Positions 45,365-55,260 of a stretch of DNA of 64,000 bases are shown here, one piece after another; position 1 is the stretch's first letter, and every line of letters begins with the position of its first letter. The stretch comes from Nitrospinales bacterium. GTDB taxonomy: Bacteria > Nitrospinota > Nitrospinia > Nitrospinales > VA-1. A program made the translations under genes and the position numbers. Below the pieces are notes generated by a model, which was not told where the DNA came from, made no database searches, and worked only from the letters and a program-made list of their open reading frames with translations. The stretch covers positions 706,596-770,595 of the forward strand of contig CBDCXL010000002.1 in assembly GCA_965223795.1 (NCBI GenBank). Direction: 5' to 3'.

Positions 45365-45748
45365 ATGGAACTCGCACTCGTTGTGGAAAAGATCGTCGGC
45401 TACCTGTATTTCATTCTCGGCTGGTCGTTGCTGCTGCAGAAACGCTTCTGGATACAGCTCGTCCGGAATTTCGACCGCCAGTCCCTGTCGCTGCCGTTTT
45501 CGGCTCTGACCGGGCTCATCATCGGTCTCACGGTGGTGACGGTGCACAATATCTGGACGGCGGACCCGTCCGTGCTCGTCACGCTCATCGGCTGGATCGC
45601 GGTGTTGAAATCGACGCTGTTTCTGCTGGCGCCGGATGCCATGCTCGGATGGATCCCCGGCGAGCGCGCCGTCGCGAATTACTGCACGTTCGGCGGCGGT
45701 GCGGCGATCCTGCTTTCTTCCTGCATCCTGTACGGCGCGTATTACTGA
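45365..45748 (+). CDS. Small 4-TM membrane protein
   Basis: Four hydrophobic helices; HNIW...VTLIGW motif. Confidence 0.8.
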   Translation: MELALVVEKIVGYLYFILGWSLLLQKRFWIQLVRNFDRQSLSLPFSALTGLIIGLTVVTVHNIWTADPSVLVTLIGWIAVLKSTLFLLAPDAMLGWIPGERAVANYCTFGGGAAILLSSCILYGAYY

Positions 45749-45756
45749 ACGCCGGT

Positions 45757-46077
45757 TCAGGACGCCGCTTTCGCCAGCTTGTGCGGGTTGCGGTTGGGGC
45801 AGGTCTTGTCGCTGCAGCGGTCGGGGATGGTCTTGGTGCCTTCCACCATGAGCGCGCCGCATTTCTTCCCGCTCTTGCGGACGTGACCGCATTTTTTCCC
45901 GGTGGGTTTTGTCTCCGTGTAGAATTTGCACCTGGGTTTGGTGTCGGCGTCGCATTTCCAGATGACGCCGAAGCGCCCGCGTCCCGGCGCGAGCACGCCT
46001 TTTTTGCAGACCGGGCATTTTATGTCGCTGGGTTTCAGCTCGCCGCTCTCGATGGGACAAGCGTATTCTTTCGCCAT
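45757..46077 (-). CDS. Stand-alone topoisomerase I-type C4 zinc-ribbon protein
   Basis: CPVC...GRFG...C...C and CG...CGALMV...C...C; GGGAGA SD. Confidence 0.75.
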   Translation of the reverse strand: MAKEYACPIESGELKPSDIKCPVCKKGVLAPGRGRFGVIWKCDADTKPRCKFYTETKPTGKKCGHVRKSGKKCGALMVEGTKTIPDRCSDKTCPNRNPHKLAKAAS

Positions 46078-46256
46078 GACGTCTCCCGCGGTTTCATTCT
46101 GCCGGGCGCATTTCGGTCTCGGCCCATAGGCCGTATCGGAGCGCGGATGCCCGGGCAAGGAAATTTGATTTTGCTTTCGGATTAGTGCTAAATAGGGAGT
46201 CCGCTCCCGGAGTCCACGCTATCGCGTCCCCTGTTTTTTGATGAGGAGATTGTATC

Positions 46257-46670
46257 ATGGCGGAGCCGCACCGCAGGCGTTTCTCACTCGACGAGGTGAA
46301 GATCGATCCGCGCCTCAAAAACCGAATCCTGTCCGCCGACGGCGATGAAGAAGTCGGGGCCTGGGACGGCGAGAAGATCGAGGATCTGGTGACGGAGCTG
46401 GACCGCATCGAGGAACGGGTCGATGCGAATTACGCCGGGCTGCCGCACAACGAAAACATCCCCGAGGATCTGCGCGATCAGGTGGAGAAGGACCTCCCCA
46501 TCTGGGCCTGCGACAAGGCGGGGAACTGCCTGGTGGGCGAAGGCGCGACCAAAATCCGCAGCGTCGAGCAGATCCGCGCACACTACGATAAGAAATACGG
46601 CGGCGTCGACAAGTTCAAGGAGAAGCTGCGTAAGGAACGCGAGGCGCTGATCGCGCGGTTGAAGCAGTGA
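46257..46670 (+). CDS. Hypothetical protein
   Basis: GAGGAG SD; host-like codon usage. Confidence 0.8.
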   Translation: MAEPHRRRFSLDEVKIDPRLKNRILSADGDEEVGAWDGEKIEDLVTELDRIEERVDANYAGLPHNENIPEDLRDQVEKDLPIWACDKAGNCLVGEGATKIRSVEQIRAHYDKKYGGVDKFKEKLRKEREALIARLKQ

Positions 46671-46714
46671 CCGGGCGTTTTTATCGCAGCGTTTCTCCAT
46701 CCCAGACTGAATTC

Positions 46715-46789
46715 GGGCGCGTAACTCAGTGGTAGAGTGCTGCCCTCACATGGCAGAAGTCACAGGTTCGAACCCTGTCGCGCCCACCA
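46715..46789 (+). tRNA. tRNA-Val(CAC)
   Basis: Cloverleaf GGGCGCG/CGCGCCC, anticodon loop CT-CAC-AT, GGTTCGAAC, encoded CCA. Confidence 0.96.
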
Positions 46790-47134
46790 CTCGCCGTGGA
46801 GGCGGCTTGCTGACGACGCGCTGGATTCTCTGAGTTTGTGCCGTACGTTTGCTCCGGGCCTCTCCTCCTTCGCGGAGGGCGGGTTTGCTCACGTCGCGCG
46901 TTGCCCACTGTGTATAAGGGCGCAGTCTTAGGCCCCGTCCCCACTCCTTCGCGCAGGGCGAACCTGCTCACGTCGCGCGTTGCCCACTGTATAAGGGCGC
47001 AGTCTTAGGCCCCGTCCCCACTCTTTCGCGCAGGGCGAACCTGCTCACGTCGCGCGTTGCCCACTGTGTATAAGGGCGCAGTCTTAGGCCCCATCCCCTC
47101 TCCTTCGTGCAGGACGGATTTTCTCACGTCCCGC
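46790..47134 (+). repeat. tRNA-linked tandem array of 75-79 bp units (5 cores)
   Basis: Unit starts at 46790 (degenerate), 46865, 46944, 47021 and 47100 (partial); the three middle units are nearly identical. Confidence 0.93.
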
Positions 47135-47418
47135 TCCCTGCCCGGTTTCACGCTGGATTCCCCGCCGGTTCATCATCCCTGTCCAACCCGTGGTTCCGCT
47201 TCCGCCTGAACGGGCGTCCCGGCTCAACAACCCCTCCCAGCCCGAATTGCCCACCTAAATAATTGATTTATTTATACTTATATTTTTTTCACCGGCCGGC
47301 TTGACAGCGGGGATTGCGGATTTTATCTACTAACCAGAAAACAATGACCCGGGCATCGAGAAAAAGGCATCCCGAAAAATTCCATTTTCCAGATATCCGT
47401 TTAAAGGAGGGTTAAGCT

Positions 47419-47847
47419 ATGAAACTGGTCATGCACAATCCCGCTCGAAACTTTTTCGATTCGGACCCGTATCTCAATCAACTGCGTGGGGACCTGTTCC
47501 CGGCGCTCGCCCATAAAAAGACGGCCTGGCCGAAGGTCAACATCGTCGAGACGGACAATGAGTACACGCTGATGGCGGAAGTCCCCGGTATGACGGAAAA
47601 AGACATCGACATCGAAATGAAGGACGGCATCCTGTCCCTCAGAGGCAAGAAAGCCCTGGCGCAAACCGAAGGCACGGTTCACGTTCAGGAAATCGGCAGC
47701 TGGGATTTCGACCGCGATTTCCGGCTCGGTGAACAGGTCGATGCGGAAAAAGTGACCGCCCGGCTGGAGCACGGTGTGCTGTACATCTCCCTGGGCAAGA
47801 AAGAAAAAGCCAAGCCGAAAAAGGTCGAGATCAATATCGCGTCCTGA
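47419..47847 (+). CDS. Hsp20/alpha-crystallin small heat shock protein
   Basis: PKVNIVE, AEVPG, FDRDFRL and ARLEHGVL motifs; AGGAGG SD; terminator at 47867-47902. Confidence 0.93.
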   Translation: MKLVMHNPARNFFDSDPYLNQLRGDLFPALAHKKTAWPKVNIVETDNEYTLMAEVPGMTEKDIDIEMKDGILSLRGKKALAQTEGTVHVQEIGSWDFDRDFRLGEQVDAEKVTARLEHGVLYISLGKKEKAKPKKVEINIAS

Positions 47848-48147
47848 TTCGGGATTTTTCAGGAAAGAGCCGGTTCCCCTCCAGGGAGCCGGCTTTTATT
47901 TTTCCGCCTGCTCCTGTACAAAACCCCTTCCGAGTTTTCCGGCGTCCCTGTCCCGTGGGCGGATATTTTTTTCAAATGACGTGCGTTTTTTTAACTCTTG
48001 CGTTAAATTTTTTGGAATTTTAGGATATATTAATAGTGGGCGTGCCGGAAATCCGCTCCCACCTTCGATACTCAGTTATTGCCAGATCTGCAGCGTTGCG
48101 GCACGTGTGCAATTATTTTCAGTATTTTATCTCTTGGAAGGCAAATA

Positions 48148-48498
48148 ATGAAATCGCTAGCGTCGATCAGTGAAAAAGACATTGAAACCATAAAGATGGC
48201 TCTCAACGATTCCATTTCGGACATGAACACCGAATTGAAGGGGAATCTTTCCGATAAGAAACGGGACCTGCTTTTCGATTACAAATTGAAATACACGCGC
48301 GTCTTCGAAAAGCTGAAGCAGAACCCCTCTCTCTACGCGTTGAGCGAATCGGATCTGGATATCGTTGCGGGAGGTTTGAACGACGCGATCGATCTGATCG
48401 ATGAGAACATGACGGAGGATATGGGCGACGAGGACCGGGAGGAATTCATGACCTACAAGAACGACTGCAGCCGGCTTGTGGACATCCTGTCCAATTGA
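48148..48498 (+). CDS. Hypothetical acidic helical protein with an internal two-fold repeat
   Basis: LASISEKDIETIKMALNDSI matches LYALSESDLDIVAGGLNDAI. Confidence 0.75.
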   Translation: MKSLASISEKDIETIKMALNDSISDMNTELKGNLSDKKRDLLFDYKLKYTRVFEKLKQNPSLYALSESDLDIVAGGLNDAIDLIDENMTEDMGDEDREEFMTYKNDCSRLVDILSN

Positions 48499-48540
48499 TC
48501 CTGAATCCGCGCGGACTTGAAAGCCGGACGCGCGGAACCC

Positions 48541-48756
48541 TCATCTGAGAAAATTCACGTAGTAGCCGTAGTAGAACATCCAGCCGGTGATTCCCACTCC
48601 GGCGAGCATGCACAAAACCCACCCTTTCTTGCTGTCCTTTTTCATATTCTCCCTGTCTTCATACATGATCGCGGAATGGATCAGCATCCCCATGAAATAC
48701 GAGATGCCCAGAAACGACAGGATCAATATAAAGAACATGAATGGCGAGAATTCCAT
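48541..48756 (-). CDS. Small 2-TM membrane protein
   Basis: MEFSPFMFF... two hydrophobic helices. Confidence 0.7.
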   Translation of the reverse strand: MEFSPFMFFILILSFLGISYFMGMLIHSAIMYEDRENMKKDSKKGWVLCMLAGVGITGWMFYYGYYVNFLR

Positions 48757-48764
48757 GTCCGGTC

Positions 48765-48977
48765 TCATCCCAACACAAACCCCGACTGAGCGATTCCCAA
48801 ATATTCCATAAGTTCCGCGAACCCGAAAACCAGGGCGAACACCAGGATCACTGAAATCAGCACCTGCACCAGCACTTTGAAAATCTCCGGGGCGGTGCGC
48901 TTCTGTTTCCACACGCTGATCCCCGCGGTGATGGCCAGGACCAGAAGCGCTGTCATGATGTAGTAACGCGGCGACAT
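48765..48977 (-). CDS. Small 2-TM membrane protein
   Basis: MSPRYY... two hydrophobic helices, tandem with the neighbouring gene. Confidence 0.7.
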   Translation of the reverse strand: MSPRYYIMTALLVLAITAGISVWKQKRTAPEIFKVLVQVLISVILVFALVFGFAELMEYLGIAQSGFVLG

Positions 48978-49081
48978 GGATCGATTGTAGCAGGATTTTG
49001 CTCCGCGGAGAACTCCCTCTTCCGGGCCGCGGAAGCCCGGGCAGGCGCGCGGGTTTCGCAGCATTTTCTGACAGGGAGGAG

Positions 49082-50509
49082 TCAGGGGACGTTTTCAACG
49101 CGGATGACGTTGGTCCACTGCGGGATGCCGACGGGCACACCGGAAGCGATGACCAGCCGGTCGTTTTTTTTCACCAGCCGTTTTTTCTTCAACATGGCGA
49201 ACAACCCCACCACATCGCCGAGATAGTCGTCGGTGGATTTGGTGAGGAAAGGAACCGCGCCGCGCAACAGGGTGAGCCTGCGCGCCCGGTCCAAGCTTGC
49301 GGTGAACGCGAACACCGGCACCATCGGGTGCGGCGCGGTGATCATCCGGGCGGTGCCGCCGGTCAGCGTGAACACCAGGATGGCGCTGGCGTTCAGAAGC
49401 TCCACCATGCGGTTGGCGGAGTAGGACACGCCCAGCGGAATGGACGGGTCTTCTTTCTGAAAATACCAGCTCCAGGGCGGGATGTGCTGGGTCTCCTTCT
49501 GGTGGGCTTCGGTCTTGAGCGCGGTTTCGTGCATCATCTGCACGGCGGCTTTCGGGTGCTTGCCCACCGCCGTTTCCGCCGAGAGCATGATGGCGTCGGC
49601 GCAGTCCATGACGGAGTTGGCGATGTCCGACACTTCCGCGCGCGTGGGGCGGGCGTTTTCGATCATGGATTCGAGCATCTGCGTCGCCACGATGACGGGT
49701 TTGGACTGGTGCGTGCACTCTTCCAGAATGCGCTGCTGCACCACCGGGACTTCGGCGATGGGGATTTCGATCCCCAGATCCCCGCGGGCGACCATCACCG
49801 CGTCGGCTTCCTTGACGATCTCCTGCAGACGGGCCACCGCCTGCTTGCGCTCGATCTTGGCGATGATGTCCGCGTCGCCGCCGCCGGCCTTGATCAACCG
49901 GCGCAGCTGGCGGATGTCCCTGGCCGACCCTGCGAACGAAAGCGCGACGAAATCCACCCCCACTTTCAGGCCGAATTTGAGATCCTCCTTGTCCTTGCGT
50001 GTGAGCGCGCTGACCTGGATGGCGGTGTCGGGCAGGTTGACCCCCTTATGGTCGGACAGGATGCCGCCGTGGCGCACTTCCACGTGCACGCGTGTGCCGG
50101 AGACCTTCCTGACCTGGACGGAGATGTTGCCGTCGTCCATGAACACCATGTCGCCTTTGCGCACTTCCTGGTGAAACCGGGCGTACTGCACGGGAATCCG
50201 CGAATCGCCGCCGGTTTTTTTCTCGGTGGTCATCACCAGCTTCTGGCCTTTGTGCAGGTGGATGGAGCCGCCTTCGAATTTGCCGACACGGATCTTGGGA
50301 CCCTGCAGATCGAGCAGCACGCCCACGTAACGCCCGAGCTCGTGCTCCACTTCGCGGATCCACCGGATCCACTGCTCGACCTGTTCGTGCTTGCCGTGCG
50401 AGAGGTTGATGCGAAACAGGTCCACGCCGGACTGCACGAGGCTTTTGATGCGGCCTTTCGTGCCGCTGGCGGGACCCAGGGTGGCGATGATTTTGGTGAG
50501 GCGGACCAT
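49082..50509 (-). CDS. pyk: Pyruvate kinase
   Basis: TKIIATLGPAS, DLQGPKIR, MVARGDLG and ATQMLESM motifs. Confidence 0.98.
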   Translation of the reverse strand: MVRLTKIIATLGPASGTKGRIKSLVQSGVDLFRINLSHGKHEQVEQWIRWIREVEHELGRYVGVLLDLQGPKIRVGKFEGGSIHLHKGQKLVMTTEKKTGGDSRIPVQYARFHQEVRKGDMVFMDDGNISVQVRKVSGTRVHVEVRHGGILSDHKGVNLPDTAIQVSALTRKDKEDLKFGLKVGVDFVALSFAGSARDIRQLRRLIKAGGGDADIIAKIERKQAVARLQEIVKEADAVMVARGDLGIEIPIAEVPVVQQRILEECTHQSKPVIVATQMLESMIENARPTRAEVSDIANSVMDCADAIMLSAETAVGKHPKAAVQMMHETALKTEAHQKETQHIPPWSWYFQKEDPSIPLGVSYSANRMVELLNASAILVFTLTGGTARMITAPHPMVPVFAFTASLDRARRLTLLRGAVPFLTKSTDDYLGDVVGLFAMLKKKRLVKKNDRLVIASGVPVGIPQWTNVIRVENVP

Positions 50510-50575
50510 GGCGCTTTCCTTGGGAAAAGGGAGTAGCAGGAAACCGGGAGTGGATAGGTGCGAAACGAAACCGGT

Positions 50576-51364
50576 TCAGGGAATTTTTCGAAACGGGATC
50601 ATCAATAGATCCAGGAACCCCACTTCGCTCGGCTTGCGGAACGAGGGGACGCCGATGTCGATTTCGGGCTGCGGCTTTTTCGCGTCGTGGATGTAGGTGC
50701 CCAGCATGCGGTCCCAGATCGAGAGGTTGAACCCGTAGTTGGAATTGGTTTCCTTCATCTCGACGGAATGGTGGATGCGGTGCATGTCCGGCGTCACGAT
50801 CAGCCAGCGCAGGACGCGGTCCAGCCCCACAGGCAATTTGATGTTGGAATGGGAGAACATGGCCATCCCGTTCAGGATCGCCTCGAACACCAGCACCGCC
50901 AGCGGCGCGGGGCCCAGGGCGAAGATCAGACCGACCTTGAACAGCATCGATCCCAGGATCTCGACGGGATGGAAGCGCAGCCCGGAGGACACGTCGAGAT
51001 CCAGGTCGGAATGGTGCACGATGTGGAACCGCCAGAAAAACGGGATCATGTGCACCACGACGTGCTGAATGTAGATCATCAGATCGAGAAACACAACCGC
51101 GATCACCCCTTCAACCAGGGGAGGCAGCTCCCAGTAGTTCAGCACGCCCCAGCCGCGTTCGGCGGCGAAATGGGCGGCGCCCACGGCGGCGGCGCCGAAC
51201 ACGAGACGCACCAGGACGATGTCGAGCCCGGTGATGCCGAGGTTGATGCCCAGCCGGCGCGGCTTGGAATCGACCCGCGGGTGGCGCGGAGCCAGCTGCT
51301 CGATGAGGAGCATCAGGACGAACACGCCGATGAAGATGGTGAAACGGATCTGATTGACGTCCAT
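50576..51364 (-). CDS. Sterol desaturase family protein
   Basis: HVVVH, HIVHH, RFHP, HSN, HRIHH and NYGFNLSIWDR motifs. Confidence 0.92.
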   Translation of the reverse strand: MDVNQIRFTIFIGVFVLMLLIEQLAPRHPRVDSKPRRLGINLGITGLDIVLVRLVFGAAAVGAAHFAAERGWGVLNYWELPPLVEGVIAVVFLDLMIYIQHVVVHMIPFFWRFHIVHHSDLDLDVSSGLRFHPVEILGSMLFKVGLIFALGPAPLAVLVFEAILNGMAMFSHSNIKLPVGLDRVLRWLIVTPDMHRIHHSVEMKETNSNYGFNLSIWDRMLGTYIHDAKKPQPEIDIGVPSFRKPSEVGFLDLLMIPFRKIP

Positions 51365-51463
51365 AAAAAATTACGTATCCGGGCAAGTTTCGTTTTTACG
51401 CCGCCGCGCGTCCGGACGGCCTTTTGTTTGGATGCCCGCGCAACCGTTCCGGATTGAAAACGT

Positions 51464-53032
51464 TCAGGGAATGCGGAGCGCCTGCCAGAGGCTCACGGTT
51501 TTATCGGCGTTTTTTTCCTTGCGCGCGCCGTCCCACAACGCCACCGCGACGAGGACGGAATCGTCTTCAGCGAACGCCACATCGTAGGGGCTTTGGGTCA
51601 TTCGATCGCGCACCAGCACCACCTGCCACACGCCGTCCTGCCACATTCCTTCGCCCCGGATCTGCTGATCCTCGAGCGACTGCACCCAGAGCGTGCCCAT
51701 GCCCTCGGCGTTGATCTCCTCGGCGGAGGCCCCGGTGAACGGGTTCACCACAGCAGCCGCATGTTCTGCCTGCCCCGTTGGAGCGGATGCGGCGGTTTCG
51801 CGCACGACGGTCTGCGAGGCGTCGGCCTTCCAGTGCCAGATGTTGACCGGTTTCCCTTGCGACCCCATGCCGAAAAACGGGGTGTCGCGGATGCTTTTCC
51901 CTGCGGCCGCAAACTGCAGCGCGGCGGCGTCGAGGTAGAACCGGGGGCCGTCCACGGCGGCGTCGGGCGTGGCGTCTTCCCATTTGAGGCGAAACGCGAT
52001 CCGTCTTTCGTTGTGGATGGACTGGATTTTAAACCCGCGCACCGGCGCTTTTTTGGCCTTCATGGGAAACAGCCGCACGGGCCGGGCCGGGATGGTTTGC
52101 CACAGCGGATCGCCGGGATTGGTGCCGATTTCCCCCTCCACCCTGTGGCTGGTGAGCGCATCGAGGGGGGCGGACGCCGGAGCCGCTTCCTGTTTGAAGC
52201 CGGATCTCAGATAGTGCACCAGGTGCCAGATCTCGTCGTTGGAAAGGTAGTCGTAGGCGTTCATCGGCGTGCCGTCCATGCCGGTGACCAACGTCCGGTG
52301 CACCGCCCCGGCGGACGCACCGGCTTTGTAGCGGTCCGGGTGGCGCAGATCGTACACGAGCGAGGGATGCCCCCAGCTGTCGTTGAGCTCCGCTTCCAGA
52401 GCCCCTTCCCGCTCGCCCTCTTTGCCGTGGCAGCGGCCGCATCGCAGTTCGCGGTACAGACGTTTCCCGTGCGCGATGGAAAGCGAATTGACGGGCGGTT
52501 CCAGTTCCGGGTTGTAGACGAAATCGGGCGCTTCCAGCTCGAAACGGTGCGAAAAGGTTTTGATGTATTCCACCAGCGTGTCGATCGTCTCGTCCGAGAG
52601 GACGCTACCCCAGGACGGCATGGCGGTGCCGGGAATGCCGTTGCGGATGGTGCGCTCCAGATCCTGATCGAGAGGCAGGTTGTTGGTGCGGGTGGAACGG
52701 ATTTTAAACAGCCCCATGCTGAGGTCGCGCGGGCGCGGTGACAGGTAATAGGAAATCCGGCCGTTGCCCTGCCCCGCCCGGCCGTGGCAGTGGGCGCAGA
52801 ACCGCAGGTAGTGAACGCGGCCGCGCTCAATGCGGGCGCGCCGTTTCTCAACGAGCGAGCCCTGCTCCGGAAACGGTTCGGTGGCCTCAATCATGCGCTC
52901 GATGGTGCGCGACTCGATGGCCCACGCAAGCGAACCGCCCGATTGGGCCCAACCCAATAGCAGCGCGACGGCCGCGGCGAAAACGATGCACAGCCTTTGA
53001 CTGCAATGCGATTGCGATGGGAGCGTCTGCAT
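51464..53032 (-). CDS. Exported diheme cytochrome c fused to an ethylbenzene-dehydrogenase gamma-like (heme b) domain
   Basis: CAHCH and CGRCH with GTAMP/GTPM ligand motifs; C-terminal DAAALQF..FGMG..VNIWHWKA..WQVVLVR..VALWDG. Confidence 0.85.
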   Translation of the reverse strand: MQTLPSQSHCSQRLCIVFAAAVALLLGWAQSGGSLAWAIESRTIERMIEATEPFPEQGSLVEKRRARIERGRVHYLRFCAHCHGRAGQGNGRISYYLSPRPRDLSMGLFKIRSTRTNNLPLDQDLERTIRNGIPGTAMPSWGSVLSDETIDTLVEYIKTFSHRFELEAPDFVYNPELEPPVNSLSIAHGKRLYRELRCGRCHGKEGEREGALEAELNDSWGHPSLVYDLRHPDRYKAGASAGAVHRTLVTGMDGTPMNAYDYLSNDEIWHLVHYLRSGFKQEAAPASAPLDALTSHRVEGEIGTNPGDPLWQTIPARPVRLFPMKAKKAPVRGFKIQSIHNERRIAFRLKWEDATPDAAVDGPRFYLDAAALQFAAAGKSIRDTPFFGMGSQGKPVNIWHWKADASQTVVRETAASAPTGQAEHAAAVVNPFTGASAEEINAEGMGTLWVQSLEDQQIRGEGMWQDGVWQVVLVRDRMTQSPYDVAFAEDDSVLVAVALWDGARKEKNADKTVSLWQALRIP

Positions 53033-53137
53033 GCTTCATCCCTCATGCGGGCAAACCGGCGGATGGTCACGCATCCATTCTTGCCGAATCGCCGGGGCTT
53101 GTAAAGCGGGAATCCCGCTTTCAGGCCGGGGAACGGC

Positions 53138-53662
53138 TCATTCGGCCGGGTCGGAGCCGGAACTCACTTTTTTCTTCTGCTGCTGCCTGAGCGCCCGGCG
53201 CTTCGCGTGGTCCTGCCGCACCAGGATGATGGCACCCTCGGCCATGAGTCCGAGAAACCATACGGTGGTGAAAACGATGATCCATAAAAAGATGATGTTG
53301 AACCAGTACTGAAACGGAGTGTAGTCGGTGGAGATGTGAATCAGCGCGCGGATTTCCTCACGCTTGACTTCGGAGGAAGTCACGTATTTGGCGTAAAAAG
53401 GGTGCTTCTGTTTCTTGGCGAACTCCGCCTGCTCTTCCCGGGGAAGCTTGATGAACTTGCTCACCTCCATGATGTTTTCCTTGAAGAACAGGCGCATGTT
53501 CCTCATTTCGGGCGAGTCGGGCGGGTTCTGCCAGGCGTACCATACGGTCAGCACCGTCGATAAAATAAGGGATGACCAGAGGGAAATTTTTCGGTATAAG
53601 TTTTCTTTCTTATCATCCCGAAATTCATCGTCCTGAAATTCATTGTCGGCATTGGGTTTCAT
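53138..53662 (-). CDS. 2-TM hypothetical membrane protein
   Basis: Two hydrophobic helices flanking a ~75-aa loop. Confidence 0.75.
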   Translation of the reverse strand: MKPNADNEFQDDEFRDDKKENLYRKISLWSSLILSTVLTVWYAWQNPPDSPEMRNMRLFFKENIMEVSKFIKLPREEQAEFAKKQKHPFYAKYVTSSEVKREEIRALIHISTDYTPFQYWFNIIFLWIIVFTTVWFLGLMAEGAIILVRQDHAKRRALRQQQKKKVSSGSDPAE

Positions 53663-53862
53663 GTCTGCAATGTCTCTGTCTCTGGTTGGATGTGAGCTGA
53701 AAGCGGGATGGACCGCTTGAAATTTTTATGTTTAATCCTATTTGGGGCGGATTGTCAACCCAAACGGGGTTCACGGAGAAACGGGCGCGGCCCGGCGGCC
53801 TTCCCTCCCGCTGAAGCCTGCAGGTCCAGACCGGCCAGTTCTCTCCTTCCGGGACGCGCAGC

Positions 53863-55242
53863 GTGGACGAACGACCGAGAAAATCGGGATTCAATACAGG
53901 ATACCTGCGGCTGCTCAAGGGCAACAAGCCGTTTCGCCACCTGTGGTACGGCCAGGTGATCTCCGAACTCGGGGACTGGCTCAACAGCCTGGCGATTTAC
54001 GCCCTGATCCTCAAGATGGGCGGATCGGGCACGGCGATGGCGGGCGCGATGGTGGCGAAGCTTCTGCCGATTTTTTTCGTGAGTCCGATCGCCGGTGTGA
54101 TGATCGACCGCTTCCCGCGCAAATCGGTGATGATCGTGAGCGACGTGCTGCGCTTCATCGTCGTGCTGGGCTTTCTGCTGGTGGGTGGACCGGAAGACCT
54201 GTGGCTCCTGTACACGCTCGTCGTCGTCGAGATCTCGCTTGCGGGTTTTTTCGAGCCGGCGCGCAGCGCCATCATTCCCTCGCTCGTCCCCACCAAGGAC
54301 CTGGTGACGGCCAACGCGCTGAGCGGTTCGACCTGGTCGGTGATGCTGGCGTTCGGCGCGGCGCTGGGCGGCGTGGTGGTGAGCCTTCTGGGCATCCGCG
54401 CTGCGTTCATCCTGGATGCGGTGACGTTTCTGTTTTCCGCCTGGTTCATCGCGCAGATTCCGAAATCGGCCGACGCCGCGCGCAAAATGGACGCAAGCGG
54501 GGCCAGCGGCTGGCAGAACCTGATCGACGGGGCGCGCTACATTCTGGTGCGGCCGGTCATCCTGGCGCTGACGCTGATCAAGTCCGGGCTCGCGGTCTCC
54601 GGCGGCGCGATGACGCTGATCCCGCTGTTCGCCAACCGCCTGTTCACCAGCACCTCGGCCATTTCGATGAGCATCGGCATCATGTACTCGTCGCGCGGCA
54701 TCGGCGCCGCCATCGGCCCAATCCTGGTGAAGCACTTTTTCGGCGAATCCTCGCGCGCGCTGCGCATCTCCATCTTCGTGTGCTTTCTGTTGAGCGCCGC
54801 TTCGTACGTTGTGTTCGCCCAGTCGGAGTCTCTTTTGGGCGCCTGCATGGGCATCGGGCTGGCGACGCTGTTCGGTTCGGTCATCTGGGTGTTCAGCTCT
54901 TCGCTCATCCACCTGGAAGCGGAAGAACGGTTTCTCGGCCGGGTGTTCAGCACGGAGATGGGGCTTTTGACCCTGGTCATGGGGCTCAGCAACTGGGGCG
55001 TGGGCTATGCGGTGGATCACCTGTCGCTTTCGCTCACCGCGGTGACGCTGTGGATGGCGGGACTGCTGGCGCTGCCGGGCCTGCTTTGGGGCGGGTTCAT
55101 CACTCTCGAACGCGGCAAGCTCAAGCCGGGACCGTGCTATTCCACTGAGTGCCCGGTGGATGCCAGCGGCTTCAACCCGCTGCCCGTCAAACCCGGCCTC
55201 AATCCGGAAACGGTGGCGAAGGACGACTCCCAAACCCTTTGA
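53863..55242 (+). CDS. MFS transporter (DHA3-like)
   Basis: FRHLWYGQVISELGDW and GVMIDRFPRK motifs; about 12 TM. Confidence 0.92.
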   Translation: MDERPRKSGFNTGYLRLLKGNKPFRHLWYGQVISELGDWLNSLAIYALILKMGGSGTAMAGAMVAKLLPIFFVSPIAGVMIDRFPRKSVMIVSDVLRFIVVLGFLLVGGPEDLWLLYTLVVVEISLAGFFEPARSAIIPSLVPTKDLVTANALSGSTWSVMLAFGAALGGVVVSLLGIRAAFILDAVTFLFSAWFIAQIPKSADAARKMDASGASGWQNLIDGARYILVRPVILALTLIKSGLAVSGGAMTLIPLFANRLFTSTSAISMSIGIMYSSRGIGAAIGPILVKHFFGESSRALRISIFVCFLLSAASYVVFAQSESLLGACMGIGLATLFGSVIWVFSSSLIHLEAEERFLGRVFSTEMGLLTLVMGLSNWGVGYAVDHLSLSLTAVTLWMAGLLALPGLLWGGFITLERGKLKPGPCYSTECPVDASGFNPLPVKPGLNPETVAKDDSQTL

Positions 55243-55260
55243 GACGCAGCCCGGCTTCAA

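Noticed and set aside
46165-46191. Second CIRCE element
   Set aside because: Only the AGTGCTAA half matches; there is no left arm at N9 spacing.
46790-47134. CRISPR array after tRNA-Val
   Set aside because: Three of the four spacers are near-identical and the cores vary, so this is a tandem repeat and not a canonical CRISPR.
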